In this document: one piece after another, positions 1-14,296 of the stretch
Layout: every line of letters begins with the position of its first letter
Position numbering within the stretch: the stretch's first letter is position 1
DNA from: the human T2T-CHM13v2.0 reference genome, Homo sapiens
Length of the DNA: 64,000 bases
Reading direction: 5' to 3'
Assembly (NCBI GenBank): GCA_009914755.4
Contig: CP086569.2
Span: forward strand, 28,704,001 to 28,768,000
The notes under the pieces: model-generated
Database searches by the model: none
What the model was told of the DNA's origin: nothing
The model's input: only the letters and a program-made list of their open reading frames with translations
Translations under genes and position numbers: made by a program

Positions 1-851
1 CATTCCATTACATTTGATCCTATTTTATTAAATTTCATTCTATTCGAGTGATTTCCTTTCGAGTCCTTTCCATTCGATTCCATTCCATTCTATTCCATTC
101 CTTTGGATTCCATTCCATTCCGTTCCGTTCACATCCATTCCTTGCGATTCCATTACATTGGATTTCTTGCCGTTCGATTCCATTCCTTTTGACTCCATTT
201 CATTCGATTCTATTCCATTCCATTAATTTCCATTCCATTCGAGACCTTTCCATTGCAGTCTTTTCACTTCGAGTCCATTCCGTTCGATACCATTCCATTC
301 GATTCCATTCCATTGGAGTCCATACCAGTCGAGTCCATTCTATTCCAGTCCATTAGTTTCCACTCCATTGCATTCGAGTGCATTCCATTCCGTGGCTGTT
401 GATTCCATTCCGTTTGATGCCATTCCATACGATTCCATTCAATTCGAGACCATTCTATTCCTGTCCATTCCTTGCGGTTCGATTCCATTTCACTCTAGTC
501 CATTCCATTCCATTCAATTCCATTCGACTCTATTCCGTTCCATTCAATTCCATTCCATTCGATTCCATTTTTGTCGAGATCCTTCCATTACACTCCCTTC
601 CATTCCAGTGCATTCCATTCCAGTCTCTTCAGTTCGATTCCATTCCATTCGTTTAGATTCCTTTCCATTCCAGCCCATTCCATTCCATTCCATTCCTTTC
701 CTTTCCGTTTCATTAGATTCCATTGCATTCCATTCCATTCAATTCAATTCCGTGCTATTCAATTTGATTCACTTCCATTTAATTCCATTCCATTAGATTC
801 CATTCCGTACGATTCCATTCCTTTTGAATCCATTCCATTGGAGTCCATTCA

Positions 852-866
852 CTTCCAGAACATTCC
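852..866. promoter_or_regulatory. Perfect heat-shock-element trimer 'cTTCcaGAAcaTTCc' (HSE site 1 of the unit)
   Basis: Matches nTTCnnGAAnnTTCn. Recurs once per unit at the same unit coordinate (see the following features). Confidence 0.35.
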
Positions 867-1605
867 ATTCCAGTCGAATCCATTCGAGTACATTCCATTA
901 AAGTTCATTACATTCTAATACATTCCATTCCATTGCATTCCATTCCATTCCATTCGATGCCATTCGATTCCATTCCATGCCAAATCATTGCATTCCTTTC
1001 CATTCCGTTCCTATCAATTCCATTCCATTCGATTTAGTTCGATTCTATTCACTTCCATTCCATTCGATTCCATTCCATTGGAGTCAATTCCTTTCGACAC
1101 CCAGCCTTTCCAGTCAATGATTTTGGATTCCATTTTTTTGCATTCCATTACATTCTATGACATTCGATTCCGTTTCATTGCATTCCATTCCATACATTTT
1201 TATTCCATTCGAGACCGTAGCATTCCACTTTATTCCAGGCCTGTCCATTACACTACATTCCCTTCCATTCCAATGAATTCCATTCCATTCCAATCCATTC
1301 CTTTCCTTTCGCTTGCATTCCATTCTATTCCCTTCTACTGCATACAATTTCACTCCATTCGTTCCCATTCCATTCAATTCCATTCCATTCAATTCCATTC
1401 CATTTGTTTCCATTCTCTTCGATTCCATTTCTTTATATTCCATGCCATTCGAATCCATTCTATTGGATTGCATTACATTCGTGTTCATTCCATTCCAGAC
1501 CATTCCATTTGACTCCATTCCTTTCGAGCCCTTTCAATTTGAGTCCATTCCTTTCCAGTCCATTTCACTCCAGTCCATTACTATCCATTCCATCCCATTC
1601 CATAC

Positions 1606-1655
1606 CATTCCATTCCATTCCATTCCATTCCATTCCATTCCATTCCATTCCATTC
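1606..1655 (+). repeat. Perfect (CATTC)10 microsatellite core; slippage-variable (9 copies in the sister copy at 50567-50611)
   Basis: Counted directly from the sequence. The flanks '…cataccattc' and 'cattg…' are identical in both copies. Confidence 0.9.
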
Positions 1656-3104
1656 CATTGCATTCCATTCCAATCCATTCCATTGCACTGCACTCCATTC
1701 CATTACATTCTACTCTATCTGAGTCGGTTTTATTGCATTAGATTCTATTCCATTGGATTACTTTCCATTCGATTACATTCCATTCATGTACATTCCATTC
1801 CAGTCAATTACATTCGAGTTCATTACATTACATTCCAGTATATTCCATTGTATTCGATCCCATTCCTTTCAATTCCATTTCATTCGACTCCATTATATTC
1901 GATTCCATTCCACTCGAATCCTTTCCATTAGAGGACATTCCATTCCAGTGCATTCCATTCCATTCCATAGCATTCCATTGCATTCGATTCCATTCCATTT
2001 GATGCCATTCCATTTGATGCCATTCCATGACATTCCATTCCATTCGAGTCCATTCCGTTCCAATTCATTCCATTCCGTTTCATGAAATTCGAGTCCTTTC
2101 CAGTACATTTCATTCCAATCCCATCCAATCCCATCTACTCCATTCAATTCCTTTCCATTCCATTTGATTTGATTCCATTGACTTGATTCCATTCATTTTG
2201 ATTCCATTCCTTGAAATTTCGTTCCATTCTATTCCATTGCATTACTTTCCATTCCATTCCATTCCATTTCATTTCAGTCCATTCGCTTCCTTTCCTTTCG
2301 ATTCAATTCCATTTGATTCCACTCCATTCTATGCGATTTCATTCCAATCGATTCAATTCCATTCGATGACATTCCTTTCGTTTCCATTCCATTCGAGTCC
2401 ATTCAATTTGAGCATTCGTGTCCATTCTATTCGAGTCCATTCCATTACCGTCTATTCTATTCCCTTCCATTCCTGTTGATTCAATTTCATTCCCTTCCAT
2501 TCGATTCCTTTCCATTCGATTCCATTCCTTTCCATTCCATTCCATTCGTTCCCATTCCATGTGATTTCATTCCATTCCAGTCCATTATATTCGAGTCCAC
2601 TCCACTCCATTCTATTACATTCAATTCCTTTTGAGTCCGTTCCATAACACTCCATTCATTTCGATTCCATTTCTTGCCAGTTTTCTTCCATTTTATTCCT
2701 TTCCGTTCGATTCCATTCCATTCGATTGCATTCCATTCGAATCCTTTCCATTCCATTTCATTCCATTCCTTTCTATTCCATTCCATTTCATTCGATTTGA
2801 TTCCATTCTGTTCTATTCCATTCAATTCTTTTTCATTCCATTCGAATCCTTTCTATTGCAGTCCATTCCAATCCCTTCCATTCCATTCCATTACAGTCCA
2901 TTCCAATAGATTCCATTCCTTTGCCTTCCATTCGAATCCATTCCATTCTAGTCCATTCCATTTGAGTCAATTCCATTCCATTCCATTCTATTCCTTTCCA
3001 ATCCATTCGATTCCATTCGATTCAATTCCATTTGATTCTCTTTCATTCTATTTTATTCCATGCCATTTGATTGCATTGCATTCCATTCCGTTTGATTCCA
3101 GTCC

Positions 3105-3119
3105 ATTCAAGAAAGTTCC
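3105..3119. promoter_or_regulatory. Perfect heat-shock-element trimer 'aTTCaaGAAagTTCc' (HSE site 2 of the unit)
   Basis: Matches nTTCnnGAAnnTTCn. Recurs once per unit. Confidence 0.35.
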
Positions 3120-4410
3120 ATTCCAGTCCATTGCTTTCCAGTCCATTCCATTCCACTCTAGTCTATTCCACTCCATTCCTTTCCATTCCATTCCATACTA
3201 TTCCATTCCATTCCTTTGCATTCCGTTTCCAATCTATTCGAGTCCATTGCATTCCACTCCAATCCATTCGATTACATTCCTTTTGATTCCCTGCCAGTCG
3301 ATTGCATTGCATACTACACCATTCCAAAGGAGTCCATTCCATTCTATCTCAAAACTTTCCATTCCACTCTGTTCGAGTCCATTCCATTCCAGTCCATTTA
3401 ATTCAAGGGCATTCCATTCCATTCCATTCCATTCCATTTCATATTATTCCATTCCATTCAATTCCATTCCAGATGATTCCATTCCATTCTATACCATTGC
3501 TCTCTGTTCCATTCCATTCCATCTGTCTCCATTCCTTTCGTTTCGATTCCTTTCCATTCCATTCCATTACATTTGATCCTATTTTATTAAATTGCATTCT
3601 ATTCGAGTGATTTCCATTCGAGTCCTTTCCATTCGATTCCATTCCATTCTATTCCATTCCTTTGGATTCCATTCTATTCCGTTCCGTTCACATCAATTCC
3701 TTGCGATTCCATTACATTCGATTTCTTGCCATTCGATTCCATTCCTTTTGACTCCATTTCATTCGATTCCATTCCATTCCATTAATTTCCATTCCATTCG
3801 AGACCTTTCCATTGCAGTCTTTTCCCTTCGAGTCCATTCCGTTCGATTCCCTTCCATTCGATTCCATTCCATTGGAGTCTGTACCAGTCGAGTCCATTCT
3901 ATTCCAGTCCATTAGTTTCGACTCCATTGCATTCGAGTGCATTCCATTCCGTGGCTGTCCATTCCATTCCGTTTGATGCCATTCCATACGATTCATTTCA
4001 ATTCGAGACCATTCTATTCCTGTCCATTCCTTGTGGTTCGATTCCATTTCACTCTAGTCCATTCCATTCCATTCAATTCCATTCGACTCTATTCCGTTCC
4101 ATTCAATTCCATTCCATTCGATTCCATTTTTTTCGAGAACCTTCCATTACACTCCCTTCCATTCCAGTGCATTCCATTCCAGTCTTTTCAGTTCGATTCC
4201 ATTCCATTCGTTTCGATTCCTTTCCATTCCAGCCCATTCCATTCCATTCCATTCCTTTCCTTTCCGTTTCATTAGATTCCATTGCATTCCATTCCATTCA
4301 ATTCAATTCCGTGCTATTCAATTTGATTCACTTCCATTTAATTCCATTCCATTAGATTCCATTCCGTACGATTCCATTCCTTTTGAATCCATTCCATTGG
4401 AGTCCATTCA

Positions 4411-4425
4411 CTTCCAGAACATTCC
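4411..4425. promoter_or_regulatory. HSE site 1 in U2 ('cttccagaacattcc')
   Basis: Same motif, 3,559 bp after the U1 site. Confidence 0.35.
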
Positions 4426-6672
4426 ATTCCAGTCGAATCCATTCGAGTACATTCCATTAAAGTTCATTACATTCTAATACATTCCATTCCATTGCATTGC
4501 ATTCCATTCCATTCGATGCCATTCGATTCCATTCCATGCCAAATCATTGCATTCCTTTCCATTCCGTTCCTATCAATTCCATTCCATTCGATTTAGTTCG
4601 ATTCTATTCACTTCCATTCCATTCGATTCCATTCCATTGGAGTCAATTCCTTTCGACACCCAGCCTTTGCAGTCAATGATTTTGGATTCCATTTTTTTGC
4701 ATTCCATTACATTCTATGACATTCGATTCCGTTTCATTGCATTCCATTCCATACATTTTTAGTCCATTCGAGACCGTAGCATTCCACTTTATTCCAGGCC
4801 TGTCCATTACACTACATTCCCTTCCATTCCAATGAATTCCATTCCATTCCAATCCATTCCTTTCCTTTCGCTTGCATTCCATTCTATTCCCTTCTACTGC
4901 ATACAATTTCACTCATTCGTTCCCATTCCATTCAATTCCATTCCATTCAATTCCATTCCATTTGTTTCCATTCTCTTCGATTCCATTTCTTTATATTCCA
5001 TGCCATTCGATTCCATTCTATTGGATTGCATTACATTCGTGTTCATTCCATTCCAGACCATTCCATTTGACTCCATTCCTTTCGAGCCCTTTCAATTTGA
5101 GTCCATTCCTTTCCAGTCCATTTCACTCCAGTCCATTACTATCCATTCCATCCCATTCCATCCCATTCCATTCCATTCCATTCCATTCCATTCCATTCCG
5201 TTCCATTCCATTGCATTCCATTCCATTCCATTCCATTGCAGTGCACTCCATTCCATTACATTCTACTCTATCTGAGTCGGTTTTATTGCATTAGATTCTA
5301 TTCCATTGGATTACTTTCCATTCGATTACATTCCATTCATGTACATTCCATTCCAGTCAATTACATTCGAGTTCATTACATTACATTCCAGTATATTCCA
5401 TTGTATTCGATCCCATTCCTTTCAATTCCATTTCATTCGACTCCATTATATTCGATTCCATTCCACTCGAATCCATTCCATTAGAGGACATTCCATTCCA
5501 ATGCATTCCATTCCATTCCATCACATTCCATTGCATTCGATTCCATTCCATTTGATGCCATTCCATTTGATGCCATTCCATGACATTCCATTCCATTCGA
5601 GTCCATTCCGTTCCAATTCATTCCATTCCGTTTCATGAAATTCGAGTCCTTTCCAGTACATTTCATTCCAATCCCATCCAATCCAATCTACTCCATTCAA
5701 TTCCTTTCCATTCCATTTGATTTGATTCCATTGATTTGATTCCATTCAGTTTGATTCCATTCCGTGAAATTTCGTTCCATTCTATTCCATTGCATTACTT
5801 TCCATTCAATTCCATTCCATTTCATTTCAGTCCATTCGCTTCCTTTCCTTTCGATTCAATTCCATTTGATTCCACTCCATTCTATGCGATTTCATTCCAA
5901 TCGATTCAATTCCATTGGATGACATTCCTTTCGTTTCCATTCCTTTCGAGTCCATTCAATTTGAGCATTCGTGTCCATTCTATTCGAGTCCATTCCATTA
6001 CCGTCTATTCTATTCCCTTCCATTCCTGTTGATTCAATTTCATTCCCTTCCATTCGATTCCTTTCCATTCGATTCCATTCCTTTCCATTCCATTCCATTC
6101 GTTCCCATTCCATGTGATTTCATTCCATTCCAGTCCATTATATTCGAGTCCACTCCACTCCATTCTATTACATTCAATTCCTTTTGAGTCCGTTCCATAA
6201 CACTCCATTCATTTCGATTCCATTTCTTGCCAGTTTTCTTCCATTTTATTCCATTCCGTTCGATTCCATTCCATTCGATTGCATTCCATTCGAATCCTTT
6301 CCATTCCATTTCATTCCATTCCTTTCTATTCCATTCCATTTCATTCGATTTGATTCCATTCTGCTCTATTCCATTCAATTCTTTTTCATTCCATTCGAAT
6401 CCTTTCTATTGCAGTCCATTCCATTCGAGTCCATTCCAATCCCTTCCATTCCATTCCATTACAGTCCATTCCAATAGATTCCATTCCTTTGCCTTCCATT
6501 CGAATCCATTCCATTCTAGTCCATTCCATTTGAGTCAATTCCATTCCATTCCATTCTATTCCTTTCCAATCCATTCGATTCCATTCGATTCAATTCCATT
6601 TGATTCTCTTTCATTCTATTTTATTCCATGCCATTTGATTGCATTGCATTCCATTCCGTTGGATTCCAGTCC

Positions 6673-6687
6673 ATTCAAGAAAGTTCC
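6673..6687. promoter_or_regulatory. HSE site 2 in U2 ('attcaagaaagttcc')
   Basis: Same motif, 3,568 bp after the U1 site. Confidence 0.35.
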
Positions 6688-7159
6688 ATTCCAGTCCATT
6701 GCTTTCCAGTCCATTCCATTCCACTCTAGTCTATTCCACTCCATTCCTTTCCATTCCATTCCATACTATTCCATTCCATTCCTTTGCATTCCGTTTCCAA
6801 TCTATTCGAGTCCATTGCATTCCAGTCCAATCCATTCCATTACATTCCTTTTGATTCCCTGCCAGTCGATTGCATTGCATACTACACCATTCCAAAGGAG
6901 TCCATTCCATTCTATCTCAACACTTTCCATTCCACTCTGTTCGAGTCCATTCCATTCCAGTCCATTTAATTCAAGGGCATTCCATTCCATTCCATTCCAT
7001 TCCATTTCATATTATTCCATTCCATTCAATTCCATTCCAGATGATTCCATTCCATTCTATACCATTGCTCTCTGTTCCATTCCATTCCATCTGTCTCCAT
7101 TCCTTTCGTTTCGATTCCTTTCCATTCCATTCCATTCCATTTGATCCTATTTTATTAAG

Positions 7160-10100
7160 TTGCATTCTATTCGAGTGATTTCCATTCGAGTCCTTTCCAT
7201 TCGATTCCATTCCATTCTATTCCATTCCTTTGGATTCCATTCCATTCCGTTCCGTTCACATCAATTAATTGCGATTCCATTACATTCGATTTCTTGCCAT
7301 TTGATTCCATTCCTTTTGACTCCATTTCATTCGATTCCATTCCATTCCATTAATTTCCATTCCATTCGAGACCTTTCCATTGCAGTCTTTTCCCTTCGAG
7401 TCCATTCCGTTCGATTCCCTTCCATTCGATTCCATTCCATTGGAGTCCGTACCAGTCGAGTCCATTCTATTCCAGTCCATTAGTTTCGACTCCATTGCAT
7501 TCGAGTGCATTCCATTCCGTGGCTGTCCATTCCATTCCGTTTGATGCCATTCCATACGATTCCGTTCAATTCGAGACCATTCTATTCCTGTCCATTCCTT
7601 GTGGTTCGATTCCATTTCACTCTAGTCCATTCCATTCCATTCAATTCCATTCGACTCTATTCCGTTCCATTCAATTCCATTCCATTCGATTCCATTTTTT
7701 TCGAGAACCTTCCATTACACTCCCTTCCATTCCAGTGCATTCCATTCCAGTCTCTTCAGTTCGATTCCATTCCATTCGTTTCGATTCCTTTCCATTCCAG
7801 CCCATTCCATTCCATTCCATTCCTTTCCTTTCCGTTTCATTAGATTCCATTGCATTCCATTCCATTCAATTCAATTCCGTGCTATTCAATTTGATTCACT
7901 TCCATTTAATTCCATTCCATTAGATTCCATTCCGTACGATTCCATTCCTTTTGAATCCATTCCATTGGAGTCCATTCACTTCCAGAACATTCCATTCCAG
8001 TCGAATCCATTCGAGTACATTCCATTAAAGTTCATTACATTCTAATACATTCCATTCCATTGCATTCCATTCCATTCCATTCGATGCCATTCGATTCCAT
8101 TCCATGCCAAATCATTGCATTCCTTTCCATTCCGTTCCTATCAATTCCATTCCATTCGATTTAGTTCGATTCTATTCACTTCCATTCCATTCGATTCCAT
8201 TCCATTGGAGTCAATTCCTTTCGACACCCAGCCTTTCCAGTCAATGATTTTGGATTCCATTTTTTTGCATTCCATTACATTCTATGACATTCGATTCCGT
8301 TTCATTGCATTCCATTCCATACATTTTTAGTCCATTCGAGACCGTAGCATTCCACTTTATTCCAGGCCTGTCCATTACACTACATTCCCTTCCATTCCAA
8401 TGAATTCCATTCCATTCCAATCCATTCCTTTCCTTTCGCTTGCATTCCATTCTATTCCCTTCTACTGCATACAATTTCACTCATTCGTTCCCATTCCATT
8501 CAATTCCATTCCATTCAATTCCATTCCATTTGTTTCCATTCTCTTCGATTCCATTTCTTTATATTCCATGCCATTCGAATCCATTCTATTGGATTGCATT
8601 ACATTCGTGTTCATTCCATTCCAGACCATTCCATTTGACTCCATTCCTTTCGAGCCCTTTCAATTTGAGTCCATTCCTTTCCAGTCCATTTCACTCCAGT
8701 CCATTACTATCCATTCCATCCCATTCCATCCCATTCCATTCCATTCCATTCCATTCCATTCCATTCCATTCCGTTCCATTCCATTGCATTCCATTCCATT
8801 CCATTCCATTGCACTGCACTCCATTCCATTACATTCTACTCTATCTGAGTCGGTTTTATTGCATTAGATTCTATTCCATTGGATTACTTTCCATTCGATT
8901 ACATTCCATTCATGTACATTCCATTCCAGTCAATTACATTCGAGTTCATTACATTACATTCCAGTATATTCCATTGTATTCGATCCCATTCCTTTCAATT
9001 CCATTTCATTCGACTCCATTATATTCGATTCCATTCCACTCGAATCCATTCCATTAGAGGACATTCCATTCCAATGCATTCCATTCCATTCCATCACATT
9101 CCATTGCATTCGATTCCATTCCATTTGATGCCATTCCATTTGATGCCATTCCATGACATTCCATTCCATTCGAGTCCATTCCGTTCCAATTCATTCCATT
9201 CCGTTTCATGAAATTCGAGTCCTTTCCAGTACATTTCATTCCAATCCCATCCAATCCAATCTACTCCATTCAATTCCTTTCCATTCCATTTGATTTGATT
9301 CCATTGATTTGATTCCATTCAGTTTGATTCCATTCCGTGAAATTTCGTTCCATTCTATTCCATTGCATTACTTTCCATTCAATTCCATTCCATTTCATTT
9401 CAGTCCATTCGCTTCCTTTCCTTTCGATTCAATTCCATTTGATTCCACTCCATTCTATGCGATTTCATTCCAATCGATTCAATTCCATTGGATGACATTC
9501 CTTTCGTTTCCATTCCTTTCGAGTCCATTCAATTTGAGCATTCGTGTCCATTCTATTCGAGTCCATTCCATTACCGTCTATTCTATTCCCTTCCATTCCT
9601 GTTGATTCAATTTCATTCCCTTCCATTCGATTCCTTTCCATTCGATTCCATTCCTTTCCATTCCATTCCATTCGTTCCCATTCCATGTGATTTCATTCCA
9701 TTCCAGTCCATTATATTCGAGTCCACTCCACTCCATTCTATTACATTCAATTCCTTTTGAGTCCGTTCCATAACACTCCATTCATTTCGATTCCATTTCT
9801 TGCCAGTTTTCTTCCATTTTATTCCATTCCGTTCGATTCCATTCCATTCGATTGCATTCCATTCGAATCCTTTCCATTCCATTTCATTCCATTCCTTTCT
9901 ATTCCATTCCATTTCATTCGATTTGATTCCATTCTGTTCTATTCCATTCAATTCTTTTTCATTCCATTCGAATCCTTTCTATTGCAGTCCATTCCATTCG
10001 AGTCCATTCCAATCCCTTCCATTCCATTCCATTACAGTCCATTCCAATAGATTCCATTCCTTTGCCTTCCATTCGAATCCATTCCATTCTAGTCCATTCC

Positions 10101-10732
10101 ATTTGAGTCAATTCCATTCCATTCCATTCTATTCCTTTCCAATCCATTCGATTCCATTCGATTCAATTCCATTTGATTCTCTTTCATTCTATTTTATTCC
10201 ATGCCATTTGATTGCATTGCATTCCATTCCGTTGGATTCCAGTCCATTCAAGAAAGTTCCATTCCAGTCCATTGCTTTCCAGTCCATTCCATTCCACTCT
10301 AGTCTATTCCACTCCATTCCTTTCCATTCCATTCCATACTATTCCATTCCATTCCTTTGCATTCCGTTTCCAATCTATTCGAGTCCATTGCATTCCAGTC
10401 CAATCCATTCCATTACATTCCTTTTGATTCCCTGCCAGTCGATTGCATTGCATACTACACCATTCCAAAGGAGTCCATTCCATTCTATCTCAACACTTTC
10501 CATTCCACTCTGTTCGAGTCCATTCCATTCCAGTCCATTTAATTCAAGGGCATTCCATTCCATTCCATTCCATTCCATTTCATATTATTCCATTCCATTC
10601 AATTCCATTCCAGATGATTCCATTCCATTCTATACCATTGCTCTCTGTTCCATTCCATTCCATCTGTCTCCATTCCTTTCGTTTCGATTCCTTTCCATTC
10701 CATTCCATTCCATTTGATCCTATTTTATTAAG
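7160..10732 (+). repeat. HOR unit U3 (3,573 bp), A-type
   Basis: Landmark periodicity. Identical to U17 (56116-59688) in the ORF track. Confidence 0.8.
7979..7993. promoter_or_regulatory. HSE site 1 in U3
   Basis: Same motif 'cttccagaacattcc'. Confidence 0.35.
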
Positions 10733-13700
10733 TTGCATTCTATTCGAGTGATTTCCATTCGAGTCCTTTCCATTCGATTCCATTCCATTCTATTCCATTC
10801 CTTTGGATTCCATTCCATTCCGTTCCGTTCACATCAATTAATTGCGATTCCATTACATTCGATTTCTTGCCATTTGATTCCATTCCTTTTGACTCCATTT
10901 CATTCGATTCCATTCCATTCCATTAATTTCCATTCCATTCGAGACCTTTCCATTGCAGTCTTTTCCCTTCGAGTCCATTCCGTTCGATTCCCTTCTATTC
11001 GATTCCATTCCATTGGAGTCCGTACCAGTCGAGTCCATTCTATTCCAGTCCATTAGTTTCGACTCCATTGCATTCGAGTGCATTCCATTCCGTGGCTGTC
11101 CATTCCATTCCGTTTGATGCCATTCCATACGATTCCATTCAATTCGAGACCATTCTATTCCTGTCCATTCCTTGCGGTTCGATTCCATTTCACTCTAGTC
11201 CATTCCATTCCATTCAATTCCATTCGACTCTATTCCGTTCCATTCAATTCCATTCCATTCGATTCCATTTTTTTCGAGAACCTTCCATTACACTCCCTTC
11301 CATTCCAGTGCATTCCATTCCAGTCTCTTCAGTTCGATTCCATTCCATTCGTTTAGATTCCTTTCCATTCCAGCCCATTCCATTCCATTCCATTCCTTTC
11401 CTTTCCGTTTCATTAGATTCCATTGCATTCCATTCCATTCAATTCAATTCCGTGCTATTCAATTTGATTCACTTCCATTTAATTCCATTCCATTAGATTC
11501 CATTCCGTACGATTCCATTCCTTTTGAATCCATTCCATTGGAGTCCATTCACTTCCAGAACATTCCATTCCAGTCGAATCCATTCGAGTACATTCCATTA
11601 AAGTTCATTACATTCTAATACATTCCATTCCATTGCATTCCATTCCATTCCATTCGATGCCATTCGATTCCATTCCATGCCAAATCATTGCATTCCTTTC
11701 CATTCCGTTCCTATCAATTCCATTCCATTCGATTTAGTTCGATTCTATTCACTTCCATTCCATTCGATTCCATTCCATTGGAGTCAATTCCTTTCGACAC
11801 CCAGCCTTTGCAGTCAATGATTTTGGATTCCATTTTTTTGCATTCCATTACATTCTATGACATTCGATTCCGTTTCATTGCATTCCATTCCATACATTTT
11901 TATTCCATTCGAGACCGTAGCATTCCACTTTATTCCAGGCCTGTCCATTACACTACATTCCCTTCCATTCCAATGAATTCCATTCCATTCCAATCCATTC
12001 CTTTCCTTTCGCTTGCATTCCATTCTATTCCCTTCTACTGCATACAATTTCACTCCATTCGTTCCCATTCCATTCAATTCCATTCCATTCAATTCCATTC
12101 CATTTGTTTCCATTCTCTTCGATTCCATTTCTTTATATTCCATGCCATTCGATTCCATTCTAATGGATTGCATTACATTCGTGTTCATTCCATTCCAGAC
12201 CATTCCATTTGACTCCATTCCTTTCGAGCCCTTTCAATTTGAGTCCATTCCTTTCCAGTCCATTTCACTCCAGTCCATTACTATCCATTCCATCCCATTC
12301 CATCCCATTCCATTCCATTCCATTCCATTCCATTCCATTCCATTCCATTGCATTCCATTCCATTCCATTCCATTGCACTGCACTCCATTCCATTACATTC
12401 TACTCTATCTGAGTCGGTTTTATTGCATTAGATTCTATTCCATTGGATTACTTTCCATTCGATTACATTCCATTCATGTACATTCCATTCCAGTCAATTA
12501 CATTCGAGTTCATTACATTACATTCCAGTATATTCCATTGTATTCGATCCCATTCCTTTCAATTCCATTTCATTCGACTCCATTATATTCGATTCCATTC
12601 CACTCGAATCCATTCCATTAGAGGACATTCCATTCCAATGCATTCCATTCCATTCCATAACATTCCATTGCATTCGATTCCATTCCATTTGATGCCATTC
12701 CATTTGATGCCATTCCATGACATTCCATTCCATTCGAGTCCATTCCGTTCCAATTCATTCCATTCCTTTTCATGAAATTCGAGTCCTTTCCAGTACATTT
12801 CATTCCAATCCCATCCAATCCAATCTACTCCATTCAATTCCTTTCCATTCCATTTGATTAGATTCCATTGATTTGATTCCATTCAGTTTGATTCCATTCC
12901 GTGAAATTTCGTTCCATTCTATTCCATTGCATTACTTTCCATTCAATTCCATTCCATTTCATTTCAGTCCATTCGCTTCCTTTCCTTTCGATTCAATTCC
13001 ATTTGATTCCACTCCATTCTATGCGATTTCATTCCAATCGATTCAATTCCATTCGATGACATTCCTTTCGTTTCCATTCCATTCGAGTCCATTCAATTTG
13101 AGCATTCGTGTCCATTCTATTCGAGTCCATTCCATTACCGTCTATTCTATTCCCTTCCATTCCTGTTGATTCAATTTCATTCCCTTCTATTCGATTCCTT
13201 TCCATTCGATTCCATTCCTTTCCATTCCATTCCATTCGTTCCCATTCCATCTGATTTCATTCCATTCCAGTCCATTATATTCGAGTCCACTCCACTCCAT
13301 TCTATTACATTCAATTCCTTTTGAGTCCGTTCCATAACACTCCATTAATTTCGATTCCATTTCTTGCCAGTTTTCTTCCATTTTATTCCATTCCGTTCGA
13401 TTCCATTCCATTCGATTGCATTCCATTCGAATCCTTTCCATTCCATTTCATTCCATTCCTTTCTATTCCATTCCATTTCATTCGATTTGATTCCATTCTG
13501 TTCTATTCCATTCAATTCTTTTTCATTCCATTCGAATCCTTTCTATTGCAGTCCATTCCATTCGAGTCCATTCCAGTCCCTTCCATTCCATTCCATTACA
13601 GTCCATTGCAATAGATTCCATTCCTTTGCCTTCCATTCGAATCCATTCCATTCTAGTCCATTCCATTTGAGTCAATTCCATTCCATTCCATTCTATTCCT

Positions 13701-14296
13701 TTCCAATCCATTCGATTCCATTCGATTCAATTCCATTTGATTCTCTTTCATTCTATTTTATTCCATGCCATTTGATTGCATTGCATTCCATTCCGTTTGA
13801 TTCCAGTCCATTCAAGAAAGTTCCATTCCAGTCCATTGCTTTCCAGTCTATTCCATTCCACTCTAGTCTATTCCACTCCATTCCTTTCCATTCCATTCCA
13901 TACTATTCCATTCCATTCCTTTGCATTCCGTTTCCAATCTATTCGAGTCCATTGCATTCCAGTCCAATCCATTCGATTACATTCCTTTTGATTCCCTGCC
14001 AGTCGATTGCATTGCATACTACACCATTCCAAAGGAGTCCATTCCATTCTATCTCAACACTTTCCATTCCACTCTGTTCGAGTCCATTCCATTCCAGTCC
14101 ATTTAATTCAAGGGCATTCCATTCCATTCCATTCCATTCCATTTCATATTATTCCATTCCATTCAATTCCATTCCAGATGATTCCATTCCATTCTATACC
14201 ATTGCTCTCTGTTCCATTCCATTCCATCTGTCTCCATTCCTTTCGTTTCGATTCCTTTCCATTCCATTCCATTACATTTGATCCTATTTTATTAAA
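10733..14296 (+). repeat. HOR unit U4 (3,564 bp), A-type
   Basis: Landmark periodicity. Identical to U18 (59689-63252) in the ORF track. Confidence 0.8.
11552..11566. promoter_or_regulatory. HSE site 1 in U4
   Basis: Same motif 'cttccagaacattcc'. Confidence 0.35.

Larger units (their letters stand above)
48..3591 (+). repeat. HOR unit U1 (3,544 bp), A-type (retains GGCC at 1238-1241; EcoRI GAATTC at 1275-1280)
   Basis: Bounded by the recurring landmark 'aaatt[g/t]cattctattcgagtgatttcc'. Near-identical to U15. Confidence 0.8.
3592..7159 (+). repeat. HOR unit U2 (3,568 bp), A-type
   Basis: Landmark periodicity. Translated track is identical to U16 (52548-56115). Confidence 0.8.
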
